A DNA stretch of 64,000 nucleotides, taken from positions 5,828,001-5,892,000 of the forward strand of contig NC_089431.1 in NCBI RefSeq assembly GCF_026210795.1. The letters are read 5' to 3'. Positions 40,711 to 52,843 of this stretch are shown piece after piece. A program made the translations under genes and the position numbers. Positions within the stretch are counted from its first letter, which is position 1, and each line of letters begins with the position of its first letter. A model generated the notes under the pieces. That model worked only from the letters and a program-made list of their open reading frames with translations. It had not been told where the DNA came from and did no database searches. Origin of the DNA: Rhizophagus irregularis. Taxonomy: Eukaryota.

Positions 40711-41599
40711 AATGATGTCTTATATTACTGAAGAGTGAAATATTGAAAAGTTTTATTTTGTCTTTTTGAGATTTAGTGAATTGACACGAAAATAATTTAC
40801 ACGTTAAAGAAGTAAAAAACCTTACTTGCCGTGATATATATAAAAAAAAAATTTGAGAAAGAAATAGAATTAAAGTAAAAAAAAAGTTTAAATAAGTTAT
40901 TTTCTATCTCCGCAAAATCAATGTAAATTAGACTATTATCCCTGAATACTTACTAATCAATTACATAGTAACAAACATAATGATTAATTAAAATCAGTAA
41001 GAAAATGATGATAACTGAAACTGATTAATTCATTTATCTTCGTCTATTGTAAATTTAACTTCTTTCCACATTTCCCTTATATATTTCATCCAAAAATATT
41101 TCTTGAAAGACAATATACGCCATCGTCAAATATTTATGGTTTAGAAATTATTATATATTTGGATAATATTGGAGAAAATATAAGATTAGGTAATTATTTC
41201 TAAAAAGTATTAATGGTGGTTTGGTAGTGCAACTGAACCAATATTTTTTGGATGATATAAGGTTCTCGGCAAACTAGTAAAGCAATAATTCTGGTTACTA
41301 ATTAATAGGAAAGAGTAAGGAAGAGTGAATAAGAAAATTAAAGAAAGACAAAATACAAAAATGTATAAATGTAATTTCTGTGAGAGAGGTTTTTCACGAA
41401 GAGAGAGTCTTACACAACATTTTAATCAACTCCATCTATACTTCCAACAGTCACGAACACTAAATTGGGTACAAGATCAATGATATGCGTACCAAAAACC
41501 ACCTTGATCTTCAGACAATCTTGCTGAGACTGAGGCGAATAATTTATTACCAATAGATGATCAAAATCTGTTACCATCGCAAATTTCAAGTTTTGGAAA

Positions 41600-41910
41600 T
41601 GATGAAAGGATCGAAATCGATGATGATGATGAAAGGATCGATGATGTTGATGGTGATGATGGTAAAAGGATTAAAGACGATGATGATGAAAGAATCGAAG
41701 ATGTTGATGGTGATGATGATGAAAGGATCGAAGATGTTGATGGTGATGATGGTGAAAGGATCAAAGACGACGATGATGAAAGGATCGAAGATGTTAATGG
41801 TGATGATGGTGAAAGGATCGAAGGCGATGATGATGAAAGGATCGAAGATGGTAATGGCAATAATGGTGAAATGATCGATGAGGATGAAAGTATCGATGAT
41901 GATGATAATG
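41600..41910 (+). repeat. Asp-rich coding tandem repeat (gatgatgatgaaaggatcgaagat units)
   Basis: Repeated DDDERIEDVDG inside the Plavaka transposase. Confidence 0.85.
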
Positions 41911-42250
41911 AATTATCAAATAATAGTGATAAAAGTGAAAATTCTTCTGGTAATATTGACGATTTTTACAATGGAAGTTATATTGCTGCACTTGATGATT
42001 TAAATGGCAATAATAAACAAGAAACTGTTACATGGCCAAGTCAGACATATAAAGAATTTATGATAGCAATAACACAGTATCGTATTTCAGATGCAGCAGG
42101 TGATGCAATGTTACAAATAATAAAAAAGAATTGTACTGAACCACTACCTGCTTCTACACGAAAGGGACGATTGTATATGGATACAATGAATATTAAAGGT
42201 CTTCATCTAAAAACATAAGATCTCGTTGAATTTGAAGGAATAACTTATAA

Positions 42251-42758
42251 TTATTGTATATGTTCTATGTAAGCACTGGACATTTTTCACGTATGTTATT
42301 GATCACTTTATAATAGTGATACATAAATTTTGGTCACTTTATAATTAGTGATATACAAAATTTTGATCACATTATTATAAAATAATAAATAAAATACGCG
42401 AAAAAGGTCTCAGTTGCTTTACGTCATACATATCCAATAACTTTATTATCAGTCATATTTATGATAACTGATTTACACTAGGATGCTACTCTATCATGTG
42501 ACCTTCGGCCATATGATATACATAGCAATCCTAGTGGTAAATCAGTTATCATCTACAACATGACCGATAACAATTATGTATTAGTTATTTACTAATCTAG
42601 TAGTATATAAATAGGTTATCATCTGAAGGATGATGGCCTATTTATATACTAAATTAGATCAGTAAATAACTTTTTTATCATCCTGGATATACTAATTGGT
42701 CCGCCAGTTTATAACTGGCGGAAAAAATCCTAAATACCAATTAGTAGCCAGGTGATAA
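42251..42758. mobile_element. Tandem array of four different TTAT...ATAA hairpin elements (Crypton-like non-autonomous units)
   Basis: Units 42251-42440, 42446-42570, 42585-42669 and 42675-42758, each with its own inverted ends. Excision restores the frame E-G-I-T-Y-K-L-H-Y-R-P with no TSD. Confidence 0.78.
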
Positions 42759-42942
42759 ATTACATTATCGCCCTATCATTGATGCAATAAAAAGTCTTAT
42801 ATCTAATCAAGAATTATGTAAAGAATTTTTTCTTGATTATAAGGAAGAGTGGGAATCTCGTGGTGTATGTATAAAATTTTAACAATGACTATTTTTATAA
42901 TAAATAATTAATAATTGATATTTTATTTAATAAGGACGGAAC

Positions 42943-43163
42943 AGGACCCCGAAAAATACATATGGAGGTCATAAATGATCGGCAAGATTTTGGCCTAAAA
43001 TAAGCAACTTTTCAGGGCCGGAATTATGATAATGCTGGTCAGTAACAAAACGGACAATAAAATTAAGGCCGGCACTATCTAAAAAAGGCAAGATTTTCAT
43101 GAAAATTTAGGTTCTTTTTAAGCAAACTCAAATGTGACCTTTTTATGTATTTTTCGGGGTCCT
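42943..43163. mobile_element. MITE, AGGACCC-terminus family, copy 3
   Basis: aggaccccgaaaaatacata ... tatgtatttttcggggtcct with exact 8-bp TSD GACGGAAC. Confidence 0.88.
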
Positions 43164-44942
43164 GACGGAACGTTAATGTGAGTATATTCAGAACAAAATA
43201 CTGCAAAATGGTGGCGTGAAAGAGAATCACCTTTTAGTAAAATTCTTGCAGTAATGTTATACATTGATGGTACTACACTTGATACATATGGGCGACATTC
43301 TAAATACCCAGTATTTTTAACGCTTGCTAATATTTTTAATTGGCGCCAGAATTTGCCTGATGCAAAGGTTTTTGTTTGCTTTTTACCACAATTGAGTACT
43401 AAAGATGGTAAACTTTGAGAATCTAAGAAATTTAAACAATACAAGCGAAATTTGGAACAACGTGCTCTGAAATATTTGCTAAGCCCACTTCTTCAGAAAG
43501 AAGACATCTACTTGGCAATAAATGGAAAAGTAGAACATTTTATTCCACATATATCTACTATATTAGCTGATATGTTAGAGGCACAAAGTATTTGCTATAC
43601 TTACAAATAAATCATATTGTACAACATGTCCTTGCTACAAATGTCTTATACCGGGAGACCAATTAAATAATATGCATGTTAATGTAAATTCTATCATTTT
43701 ACGAATCCATAAAAATATGAGTGCAGTTGTTTTATCATATGATGCCGCAAAATATTCCATTCATGAATATGAAAACTTTTTCTGGAAATTTAGGTAAAAT
43801 ATTAAATAATTAATTTATATTTGATTTAAAAAATAATCCTATCTAAATTAATATAATTTATTTACTTTAGAATGATAAATATTTATGATGTAGTGGCATT
43901 AGACCGTATGCATCTGCAAGAAATTGGTTTGTTTCCATATGCTTGACTTTACAAGAGAAATGATTATGTATCAATCTGGTAATCAAATTATTACCAAAAT
44001 GGATGTTCAGTTAGCCACTATTACGCCATTTAGTGGATTAAGAATATTGTGTAATGGATATCAACAAGGCGCAAAATTTACTGGAGCAGAAATGCGTGAT
44101 GTTATAAAAATAATTATATTTGTACTAGATGAGCTTTATACAAATAATGATATAATTAGACATCGAAATGATACAGAAAATACGTCACATGAGTTCGTTG
44201 ATTGTAAAAAATTAATTCAATGTTTTATAAAATTTGTTAAAATGTATATAACATCTAGAAAAGAAAAACTTAATGAAGATGAATTTAATGAGTTTGAGGT
44301 AATTCTTTAATTATCATTAAGTTGTAATTTAATTTATTTAATTTATTTAATCTCAGTTTCTCTTATATTGATATAGCAAGAAATTATTAGATGGTCAGAT
44401 GATTTTGTCAAATTATTTAAGACATTTTCGCGAAGTGAACTTCGCCTACCAAAACTTTACATGTGGCGATATCATACTATTCAAACTATTAAACATTATG
44501 GTGCAATTAATGGACTAACGACTGAAACCTATGAAACATTACATAAGAATTGGGTTAAAAACCCATATAGAATATCTAATAAAAAGAATGTTCTTGATCA
44601 AATCATTAAAACTGTAAGTTATAATAATTATTTTATATATTTTTATTTATTGTTTTTAATGTCAAAAAATAAAATGGTTTTTATATTTAGATTCGTTGGC
44701 AAATAATTACAACTAATGAATTAAAAAAACCAACTATGTTAAAGTTAGATTGTATGCGATCTTTATTATGGAAACTATTTATTAGTGAATTGGATAATCT
44801 TGAACAAAAATTAAAGCATGAAAAAGATATAGATAGTTTATGTATTGAAGGAATACAAAATTTAATTTATTGTCTAGATGCATTTTTAGATGAAAAATCA
44901 AATATTTCATCTGGAATATTAACAAATGGCGAAATAGTATAT

Positions 44943-45328
44943 GGGGACGCCCGTAGCAAAAAGGGGGGATAGGCCAAAAAATTCAAATTTGAGATTTTAT
45001 TATAATTATATGTCTATTAGTCTAATTATTAAGAAAATATGGGTTTTTATTAATAATATATTAGTAAAAAAGTTTAATTTTGAAATTTTCTTATTATTTG
45101 CATTTTACTTTTATAGAATTAACAAGCAACATAAACTTATTAAAAAAAAATCAATACTCTTAGTAAATTGCCTGTAAAATTTAGTTTTAGATAAAAAAAA
45201 AAAAGGTCCAAAAGTCAATTTATTTCACAATTAAGTGATGATCTGCCAAATTTATCACGTGATTTAAATTGCGATTTTTTTAAAATTACGGAATTATCCC
45301 ATTCCCCCCTTTTGCTACGGGCGTCCCC
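44943..45328. mobile_element. MITE with GGG...CCC termini and 4-bp TSD (Sola2-like)
   Basis: ggggacgcccgtagcaaaaagggggga versus tccccccttttgctacgggcgtcccc. TSD ATAT; removal restores E-I-V-Y-A-T-S-R-F. Confidence 0.88.
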
Positions 45329-46479
45329 ATATGCAACTAGTAGATTTTATGGACAACCTAAATTTAGTGATATTGCAATTGCAATGGATGATGCTGATTA
45401 TTTAACAGACAATGGAATATATTATGGAAAAGTAAGTTATATTAAAATTTATATTTTTTTAATTTTATATTTTTACTTTTAACTGAAGTTTACTAATTAC
45501 TATGATATTTGTCATTATAATTATTATAAATTTAGATTTTAATGTTAGCTGAAATTATATTATCTTCTTCAACTTTACCAATTGCACTAATACATTGGTA
45601 TGATTATTATTCTAAATGATATCCTAAAAAGTATGAGTGTCCACACTTAAAATTTGTAAATAGTTATGATGTAGTTCCCTTTAATTCAATTGTAAGATTA
45701 GTACATATAGTAAAACGTTTTAATTATCAAAATGAATTTTTTGTAAATAAATTCTACTTTTAATAAATATTACTTTATTAATTACTATAACTCTATAAGT
45801 AAAATATATAATATTATTTAAAATTAATAATTAGTAATTAAAGATTTATTTAATAAAAGTTTTTTAAAAATCCTTAAGGATTCTTATAAATAATATTTCT
45901 AAAAATCCTTAAGGATAAAACATTTAAAAATCCTTAAGGAATCTATTATTTTATAGGATCCCTAAAGATCTTTAAAAATTATTAAAGAATCCTTAAAGAT
46001 TTTATAAATTTAAAAATCTTTAAGGATTCTTTAATAATTTTAGAAATCTCTAAGGATCCTAATACTAAAAAACTTACTGATGAACATTCTGATTATTTTA
46101 TTTTTTAATAAAACATTTTTTAACATTTTGTAATAAATATTTTTTTTTATTTTTTTTTAATTAGAATGTTAGCTAATGTTCTGATTTACATTTTTATTTC
46201 TTTTTTAACAAACCATTTTTTAACATTTTGTAAATAATTTTTTCTCTTTTTTTTAATTAGAACGTTAGCTAATGTTCTGATTTTTTTTTATTTTACTTTT
46301 TAACAAAACGTCAAAAAATATTTTAAAAGTATTTTTTTCATTTTTTTTTAATAAAATAATAAAAATGTTGGAAATATAATTAATGTTTCATTTTCCTTTT
46401 TTTTTTAAGTCAACTTCCTAGATAATTCAAGAACGAGATTTCAAAGGTATTCTTTGAAATTTTTTTTTCTTTTTGTAGG

Positions 46480-48150
46480 TATTAGAATTTTGAATAGTAT
46501 GGTAAGTTTTGTGACATTTGTTGTGAAACTTTAATTTTTTTATTTTTAAAGAAACGTTAACTAACGCTAACATTTTTTTCTTTTTCTTTTTATAGATATT
46601 GAACTTCAGGTATAATGGTAAGTTTTGCAACGTCCATTATAAAACTTTTTTTTTATTTTTAAAGAAATGTTAACTAACGTTAATGTTTCTTTCTTTTTCT
46701 TTTTATAGATCTATAGGTTTTCTGATAGTGAAGTTAGAAATAAAATAATCCTTTTTCTTTCACTACTTTTCATTTTTCCTTTTCATTATTTTTTTCTTTC
46801 TCTTTTCGTTCTATTTTTCCTTTTCCTTTCATTTTCCTTTTCCCTTTTCATTTTTTCTTTTCCCTTTTATTCTTTTCTTTCCCTTTTCATTCTTCTCTTC
46901 TCTTTTCATTTTCCTCTTTTTATTTCATTTTTCTATTTCCTAAATGGTAAGTTTTAAATGTTCACTTTAAAACTTTTTTTTAATTTTATTTTTTAATTTT
47001 TATGAGAGAACATTTTTAACGTTTCCTTTTTTTTTATGTAGGAATTTCAGTAACTTTAGAAACTTGAAAATGAAAAATAAGTTTTGAAGCTTTTATTATA
47101 AAAATATTTTTTTTTTTGTAAATCTTTCTGTATTTTTGACTATAGAAAATGAGAAAACAAAATGGTAAGTTTGAAAGCATTCACTTCAAAACTTTTTAAA
47201 AATTTTTTTTTATTTTTTTTTTGTTAAGAAACATTTTTAATGTTTCCTTTCCTTTTTTTTATGTAAGATTTATGGTATTTGACTGAAACGATAAGTTTTT
47301 ATCATTATTTTTTTATTACTTTTAGGAAATATTTACTAACATTTTCTTTTTTTTTTTGTAGGTTCAGGAATATCTGGTGTTGAATAAGAATTCTAAAATG
47401 GTATATTTCATTATATTTTATTACAAAACTTTCTTTTTTTATTTTTTTTTTCTTTAAAAACATTCTAACTAAATGTTTATCTTTTTTTTTATAGGTTCAA
47501 GAATATGGTTTTAAATATGAATCATGAAATGGTAAGTTTTATTTACTACGAAACTTCTGTTATTTTTTTTTATTTTGTTTTAATTAGAAAATGTTTACTG
47601 ATATTTCATATTTCCTTTTTCTTTTATTTAGGTTTTAGAAATTTATATCTTGGTTAATTTTTAATTCAGCTATTTCAAATTCAGAAATTTAGATTTGGTA
47701 AATTTTGTGAAACATTTTTTTTATTTTTTTTTAATATAAATATTTGCTAATGTTTTTTTATTATTTTTTGTAGATTTAAGCTCATCTTCAACTGAAAACT
47801 TGAAATGGTAAGTTTCATCATAAAATTATATATATATATTTTAATAAAAACATTTCTAACATTTTCTTTTTCTTTCTTATAGGTTCCAGGGATTTTGAGT
47901 TAGCTGGAAACTTAGAATTAGTAAATTTTTTTTATTATGAAATATATCTTATTTTTTATTTTTTTAAAAAGCATTTATTAACGTTTTCTTTTTTTATTTT
48001 ATAGGATCCATCCAGTATTTTACTTTAAAAAATGGTAAATTTTGCAATCTTTCATTATGAAACTTAAATTTATTGCTTTTTTTTAGAAAATGTTTACAAT
48101 GTTTCTTTTTTTTTTATAGGTTTGGATCAGATTGTGTAAGTTTCATTAAT
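46480..48150 (+). repeat. Degenerate tandem array of intron + micro-exon units
   Basis: Recurrent aaatgGTAAGTTT...ctaac/ttaac...T-tract...TAG|gtt at roughly 100-130-bp spacing. Confidence 0.65.
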
Positions 48151-48300
48151 AAAACTTTTATTTGTGTTTTTTTTAATTTGAAACTCACTTTATTATTATT
48201 GTATTACTAGGAGTGCTTTGTTAATAGAAATTTAATATGTTGATTGTTTAAAAATCTGTGGCAATCCAATTATAATAAAAGGAATTAATTTAATTAATTT

Positions 48301-48570
48301 TTATTAATAGATAATATATATTTTATATTGTACTATATTTATACTATATTTTACAATTAATATAATTAATGAAATTTTAAATATGTTAATAATTAATAAG
48401 TAATTGTTATCAGTCATGTTGTAGATGATAACTGATAATAAAGTTATTGGATATGTATGACGTAAAGCAACTGAGACCTTTTTCGCGTATCTTATTTATT
48501 ATTTTATAATAATGTGATCAAAATTTTGTATATCACTAATTATAAAGTGACCAAAATTTGTGTATCACTA
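48301..48570 (-). mobile_element. Second, inverted and rearranged copy of the TTAT...ATAA hairpin array
   Basis: 48431-48570 is the reverse complement of ~42314-42452, and 48401-48435 of ~42542-42576. A different unit occupies 48301-48392. Confidence 0.8.
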
Positions 48571-48677
48571 CGTAACTTTTATATAAATCGAACAATATTT
48601 TTCATCATTTTGAAAGAAAGTTCTACTTTATTTACTAATTTTACTATTTTTCTGTTTATTAAAATCTCTATAAAGAA

Positions 48678-51346
48678 TGAAACGATCTGGAAAAAAAAGT
48701 GTTAAAAAAAGTCGTCAAGAGTCTCACAAACAAACTTCTTCACAGGAATTTGTCAGTTCTGATTTCCCCAAACAAACGTCGATATTGAAACAGGAATCTG
48801 CAGCTTCCGGTTCTAGTTCTATCAAAACTCAAAAACAAGCGTCAAAACAGGAATCTACAGCTTCCGGTTCCAGTTCTATCAAAACTCAAAAATAAGCATC
48901 GAAACAGGAATCCGCAGCTTCCGGTTCTAATTCTACCAAAACTCAAAAACAAACGTCGAAACAAGAATCTGCAGCTTCTGGTTTCAGTTTTACTAAAACT
49001 CAAAAATAAATGTCGAAACAGGAATCCACAGCTTTCGGTTCCAGTTCTACTAAAACTCAAAAATAAACGTCAATATCGAAATAACAATCCGCAGCTTCTG
49101 GTTCTAGTTTTACCAAAACTCAAAAACAAACGTCGATACCAGAAGCTTCAGAAGATAATGAGCCATTTCGCTTAGTGATACCATCTAGCTTATACTCGCA
49201 ACAAAGCAGAATAGTACCACCAATTCATAATGTAACCGTACATAGGGAATTAACGCCTATTACACGTACAGCCAAACCGTATAGGAGCAATGTACATAAG
49301 GAATTAACACTCATTACACGCACCACTGAACCATATAGGAGCAATGTACGCATCGCCAAACCGTATAGGAGCAATGTACGCACTGCCGAACCATATAGGA
49401 GAGAATTAACGCCAATTATACGTGAACCTTATAGTAGTAATTGGACTAGAGATGTAAATGGTGAGCTACAATTGACTTTTGTATTCATTTTAGAGTTCTG
49501 GTCGACTTTAACATTTTTTTAGAAACGTATGATCTCTGAGAAGAAAATGCCTACTTACGGGAAAGAATTGACGAATTACCGTAAAGCACTGACTAAACTA
49601 CCCTCTATGTAAACTACCCCCTATAGTTTTGGGACAAAATTTTGTAAGAAACCCAGGTATTTTACATAGTTAATTTTTTTTTTGAACTGGAAATAGCCGA
49701 TTTACTTGTATTTATTAAACCTTTTATTTATTTATATATAAACGTATTTTTATTAATTTGATTTATCTTTACAACTATTAAAATTCATCCCAGTTATTGT
49801 AATCATCTTCACCATCCTCCAAAACACGCTACAAATACTTTTTATACCGTGTAAGCATATTTGATCAACATAGTGCAACTGTGCAAGATACCCCTCTATA
49901 CAAAATACCCTCCTGATTAAACTACCCGGGTATTTTGCAAATACGGGGGTGAATTTGTAAAAAACCCAGGGTAGTTTAGTCAGTGCTCTACGGTAAATTG
50001 GCAATTCGATAATGCAAATAGCAAGTTGCGTGACCTACGGCTAGACGTTGGCCAATTACAATCGTATAACAATATACTTAGTCAGAAAAATGACAACTTG
50101 CATCACCGACATTCATCTGACCTTCAAGATATCGAATTTGAAGAGGATCAATGACCAACAAAGCGTAGGAAAGGAAAAAATCTTGTGCGCGATTCAAAAG
50201 ATGAAATGGAAGTAGATGAAGAAAAAGCTAGAGTTCGTCCAAAAATCCTCTTTCAATGTATGCTTTTAACGCTCACTAAACCGATATTTTGTACAATTTA
50301 GACCAAGATGAAGACGATTCTAAAAACTTTTCTGATTGAACTAGAATTAAAATATGATGAAAAGTTTACCAGTAAGTCGAATGATGAAATTCTTTGACAA
50401 GTTATACCTCGACTAATTGAAGCGATGAAGCCAAGATATATTCCACGATACAGGCAAGTCAAGTCTTGGCTCTCTGCTTTACATAAATATCGCAGAGTGT
50501 GCTTGTTATATAAATAACGCAGCACTTTAGACAAAGATAATTGCCATTTACATTGAAACAATCGGTTAAATGAGGTAAATAATTTCTTTATTATTTCAAA
50601 AAAAAATCTTATCATTCGTTAAACTTTAAATATAGAAAAAGGCACGTCAAGTTAAAGGCGCAAAATCACTTTTCAACAAAAATGACGAAAAACTGGAGAA
50701 TTATGATTGAAAAGAACTTTTGAATGTTTTAAGTGACGACCGATATCACTTTCCAGAGTATTTTGAATCGGATGAGAAGCAACCAGACGGTAAAAGACAT
50801 ATCAATGTTTATAATCTGTCTTGGAGATCTGAAGAGGTTTGATAACTTATTTGTCGCATTTTTTATTTTTTATTTTTTATTTGTTTTATTTTTTTCGTAA
50901 TAGGATTGATTTTTTTCTAATAATAGTTAATAGATTTATTATGAAATGTCTTGGACCAACATGCTTTCTCTCTTCAATCTGCACAATTGATACGAACACG
51001 AAATTATGATGATGAGATATATAATATCGTTTCTCGTCATCTATGAGGTGCTCCAAATTGGACCTATGTAGAGCAGAATACGCTAGCTGATACTAACTTT
51101 TCTGAGCTGGAGATGCCGATTCAAATGATGGAGAATCTAATAATGGTGGAAGATGCGAAAGTGTTGGCGGAGATAGACAAAATAGTGGTAATAGAAGATT
51201 CAGAACTAACGGGAATGAAAGAATCAGAACCAATGGAAATGGAAGAATCGGAACCAATGGGAATGGAAGAATTGGAACCAATGGAAGTGGAAGAATCGCC
51301 GGAAATGGAAGATGAAACAGACAAATGGTATAAATTTGTACTTTAA
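48678..51346 (+). pseudogene. Disrupted multi-exon TE-associated gene with 57-bp coding repeats and an acidic/Gly-Arg C-terminus
   Basis: MKRSGKKS...(SKQESAASGSSSIKTQKQ)n at ~48775-49140, coiled-coil segment, many in-frame TAA/TGA. Lies upstream of a CACTG-type right end (ctgaccagtg, 52229). Confidence 0.55.
49579..49993. mobile_element. Tc1/mariner-pogo-type MITE
   Basis: ccgtaaagcactgactaaactaccc ... gggtagtttagtcagtgctctacgg with TA TSD. Confidence 0.85.
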
Positions 51347-51469
51347 TTTTTGTTTGAGTTTTTATTATACTAACTTTTTTTTTCAAATTTTAGATTGTGA
51401 ATTCGTCGATTTTTTTTGGATTTTTTTTGAAAATTATGGGATTTTTTGTGGAATTGTGGATTGAATTTT

Positions 51470-51830
51470 TTTATTTTCGTAGGAAATTTTTATTAATTTA
51501 GTATTATTTCGTATTATTTTCGTATTGTTTACGTATTATTTATGTATTATTTTTGTATTATTGTTGTAGGAAATTTTTATTTTCATATTATTTTAGTATT
51601 ATTTTCGTAAGAAATTTTTATTATTTTAGTATTATTTTCATATTATTTTCGTATTATTTTTGTAAGAAAATTTTATTATTTTAGTATTATTTCGTATTAT
51701 TTTCGTATTATTTTAGTATTATTTTAGTATTATTTTAGTATTATTGTTGTAGGAAATTTTTATTATTTTCGTATTATTTTAGTATTATTTTCGTAGGAAA
51801 TTTTTACTATTTTTGTAGGAAATTTTTGCG
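51470..51830. repeat. Degenerate minisatellite (tattatttt(c/a)g)n
   Basis: Directly visible repeats of tattattttcg and tattattttag. Confidence 0.8.
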
Positions 51831-52230
51831 ATTTAATTGATTTAATTAAAATAATTAGTAAATCAATTGAAATAAAATCAGTTTTAAAACTTAAATTTGC
51901 TAAATTTCGTCAAAATTATTATGGTCGATTTTATTTATTTTTGCAAATCAGCAAATTAAATCAATATTGATTTTTAAATGAATAGTCAATTGTTTATGAC
52001 GAATTTCATTTGCATGGCATGTTCGAATTTTATTGATATGTACAGCCAATTTTTTTAACTAATTCCTAAACTTTGCCAATTTTTAATTGCGAGTGGCAGG
52101 CGTTACAGTGCAAATCGTCCATAAAATTAGTTGCCGATTTTTTTGGTACTGATCGGCTAATGTCAGACCGAATTTCGTCCAACATTTGGCAATTTAAAAT
52201 TTTGCCAAAATGGACTATTCTGACCAGTGT

Positions 52231-52843
52231 AATTGATCCATGACATAAACTCCAATATTATACTGATAATGAATTTGAAGAAGACTATATTATTGCATAT
52301 AAAAATCAAATTAAAGAATTATGGGTAACTAAATATAAACCAGAAAATAATGAAAATAATAATCAAAATATTAATCAAAATTCTCTCGCAGCTCATATGT
52401 TTAAGAAGCGAAAAACTTCTTATTCTGATGAACTTGAAGCATATCTTAATGAGCCACCAGCAAATTTTGACATAGATATTTTAGCATTTTGGAAGGTAAA
52501 TAACAAATACATGATATTATTTATTATATCAGTTATTTGGAAGTTTATATCAAATATTAAATTTTTAATTTTTTTATAGGTTCATGAAAATAAATTTCCA
52601 AATTTGTCAAAAATGGCTAGAGATTTTTTAGCAATTCCTGGTATATTTAACTTTAATTATTTAATAATAATTTACAATATAATCATTAATTTGCTATTTT
52701 AAATAGATACAAGTGTTCCAGTTGAACGAGTATTTTCCGGTAGTACAGATCTCATTACACAAAGATGATGCAGCTTAGATCCAGAAACAATTTGAAAACT
52801 TATGTGTTTAAAAGCATGGATAAAATATAAAAATTCAAATTAG
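52231..52843 (+). pseudogene. hAT transposase C-terminal fragment including the dimerisation domain
   Basis: IDP*HKLQY...ELEAYL...DILAFWK|VHENKFPNLSKMARDFLAIP|.TSVPVERVFS...CSLDPETI*KLMCLKAW, with two introns and premature TGA stops. Confidence 0.9.

Larger units (their letters stand above)
41361..45763 (+). pseudogene. Plavaka transposase with N-terminal C2H2 finger, disrupted by stops and insertions
   Basis: MYKCNFCERGFSRRESLTQH...H, acidic repeats, YSEQNTAKWW...VMLYIDGTTLD..GRHSKYPVFLTLANI, IIADMLE, DRMHLQEIGLF, PKL...H...IKHYGAINGLTTETYETLHK, and C-terminal SIVRLVHIV...FFVNKF. Confidence 0.88.
38106..46082 (+). mobile_element. ~8-kb Plavaka (CMC-related) DNA transposon with two divergent genes
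   Basis: ~30-bp TIRs catcagtaagttttttagtattaagatcct and aggatcctaatactaaaaaacttactgatg. 2-bp TSD AA; removal restores the flanking repeat ...ctaacattctgatt. Subterminal atccttaaggat-like repeats at both ends. Confidence 0.88.

Noticed and set aside
41557..41991. Met-rich, Ser-rich and His-rich ORFs
   Set aside because: Alternative frames of the (GAT)n acidic repeat within the Plavaka transposase.
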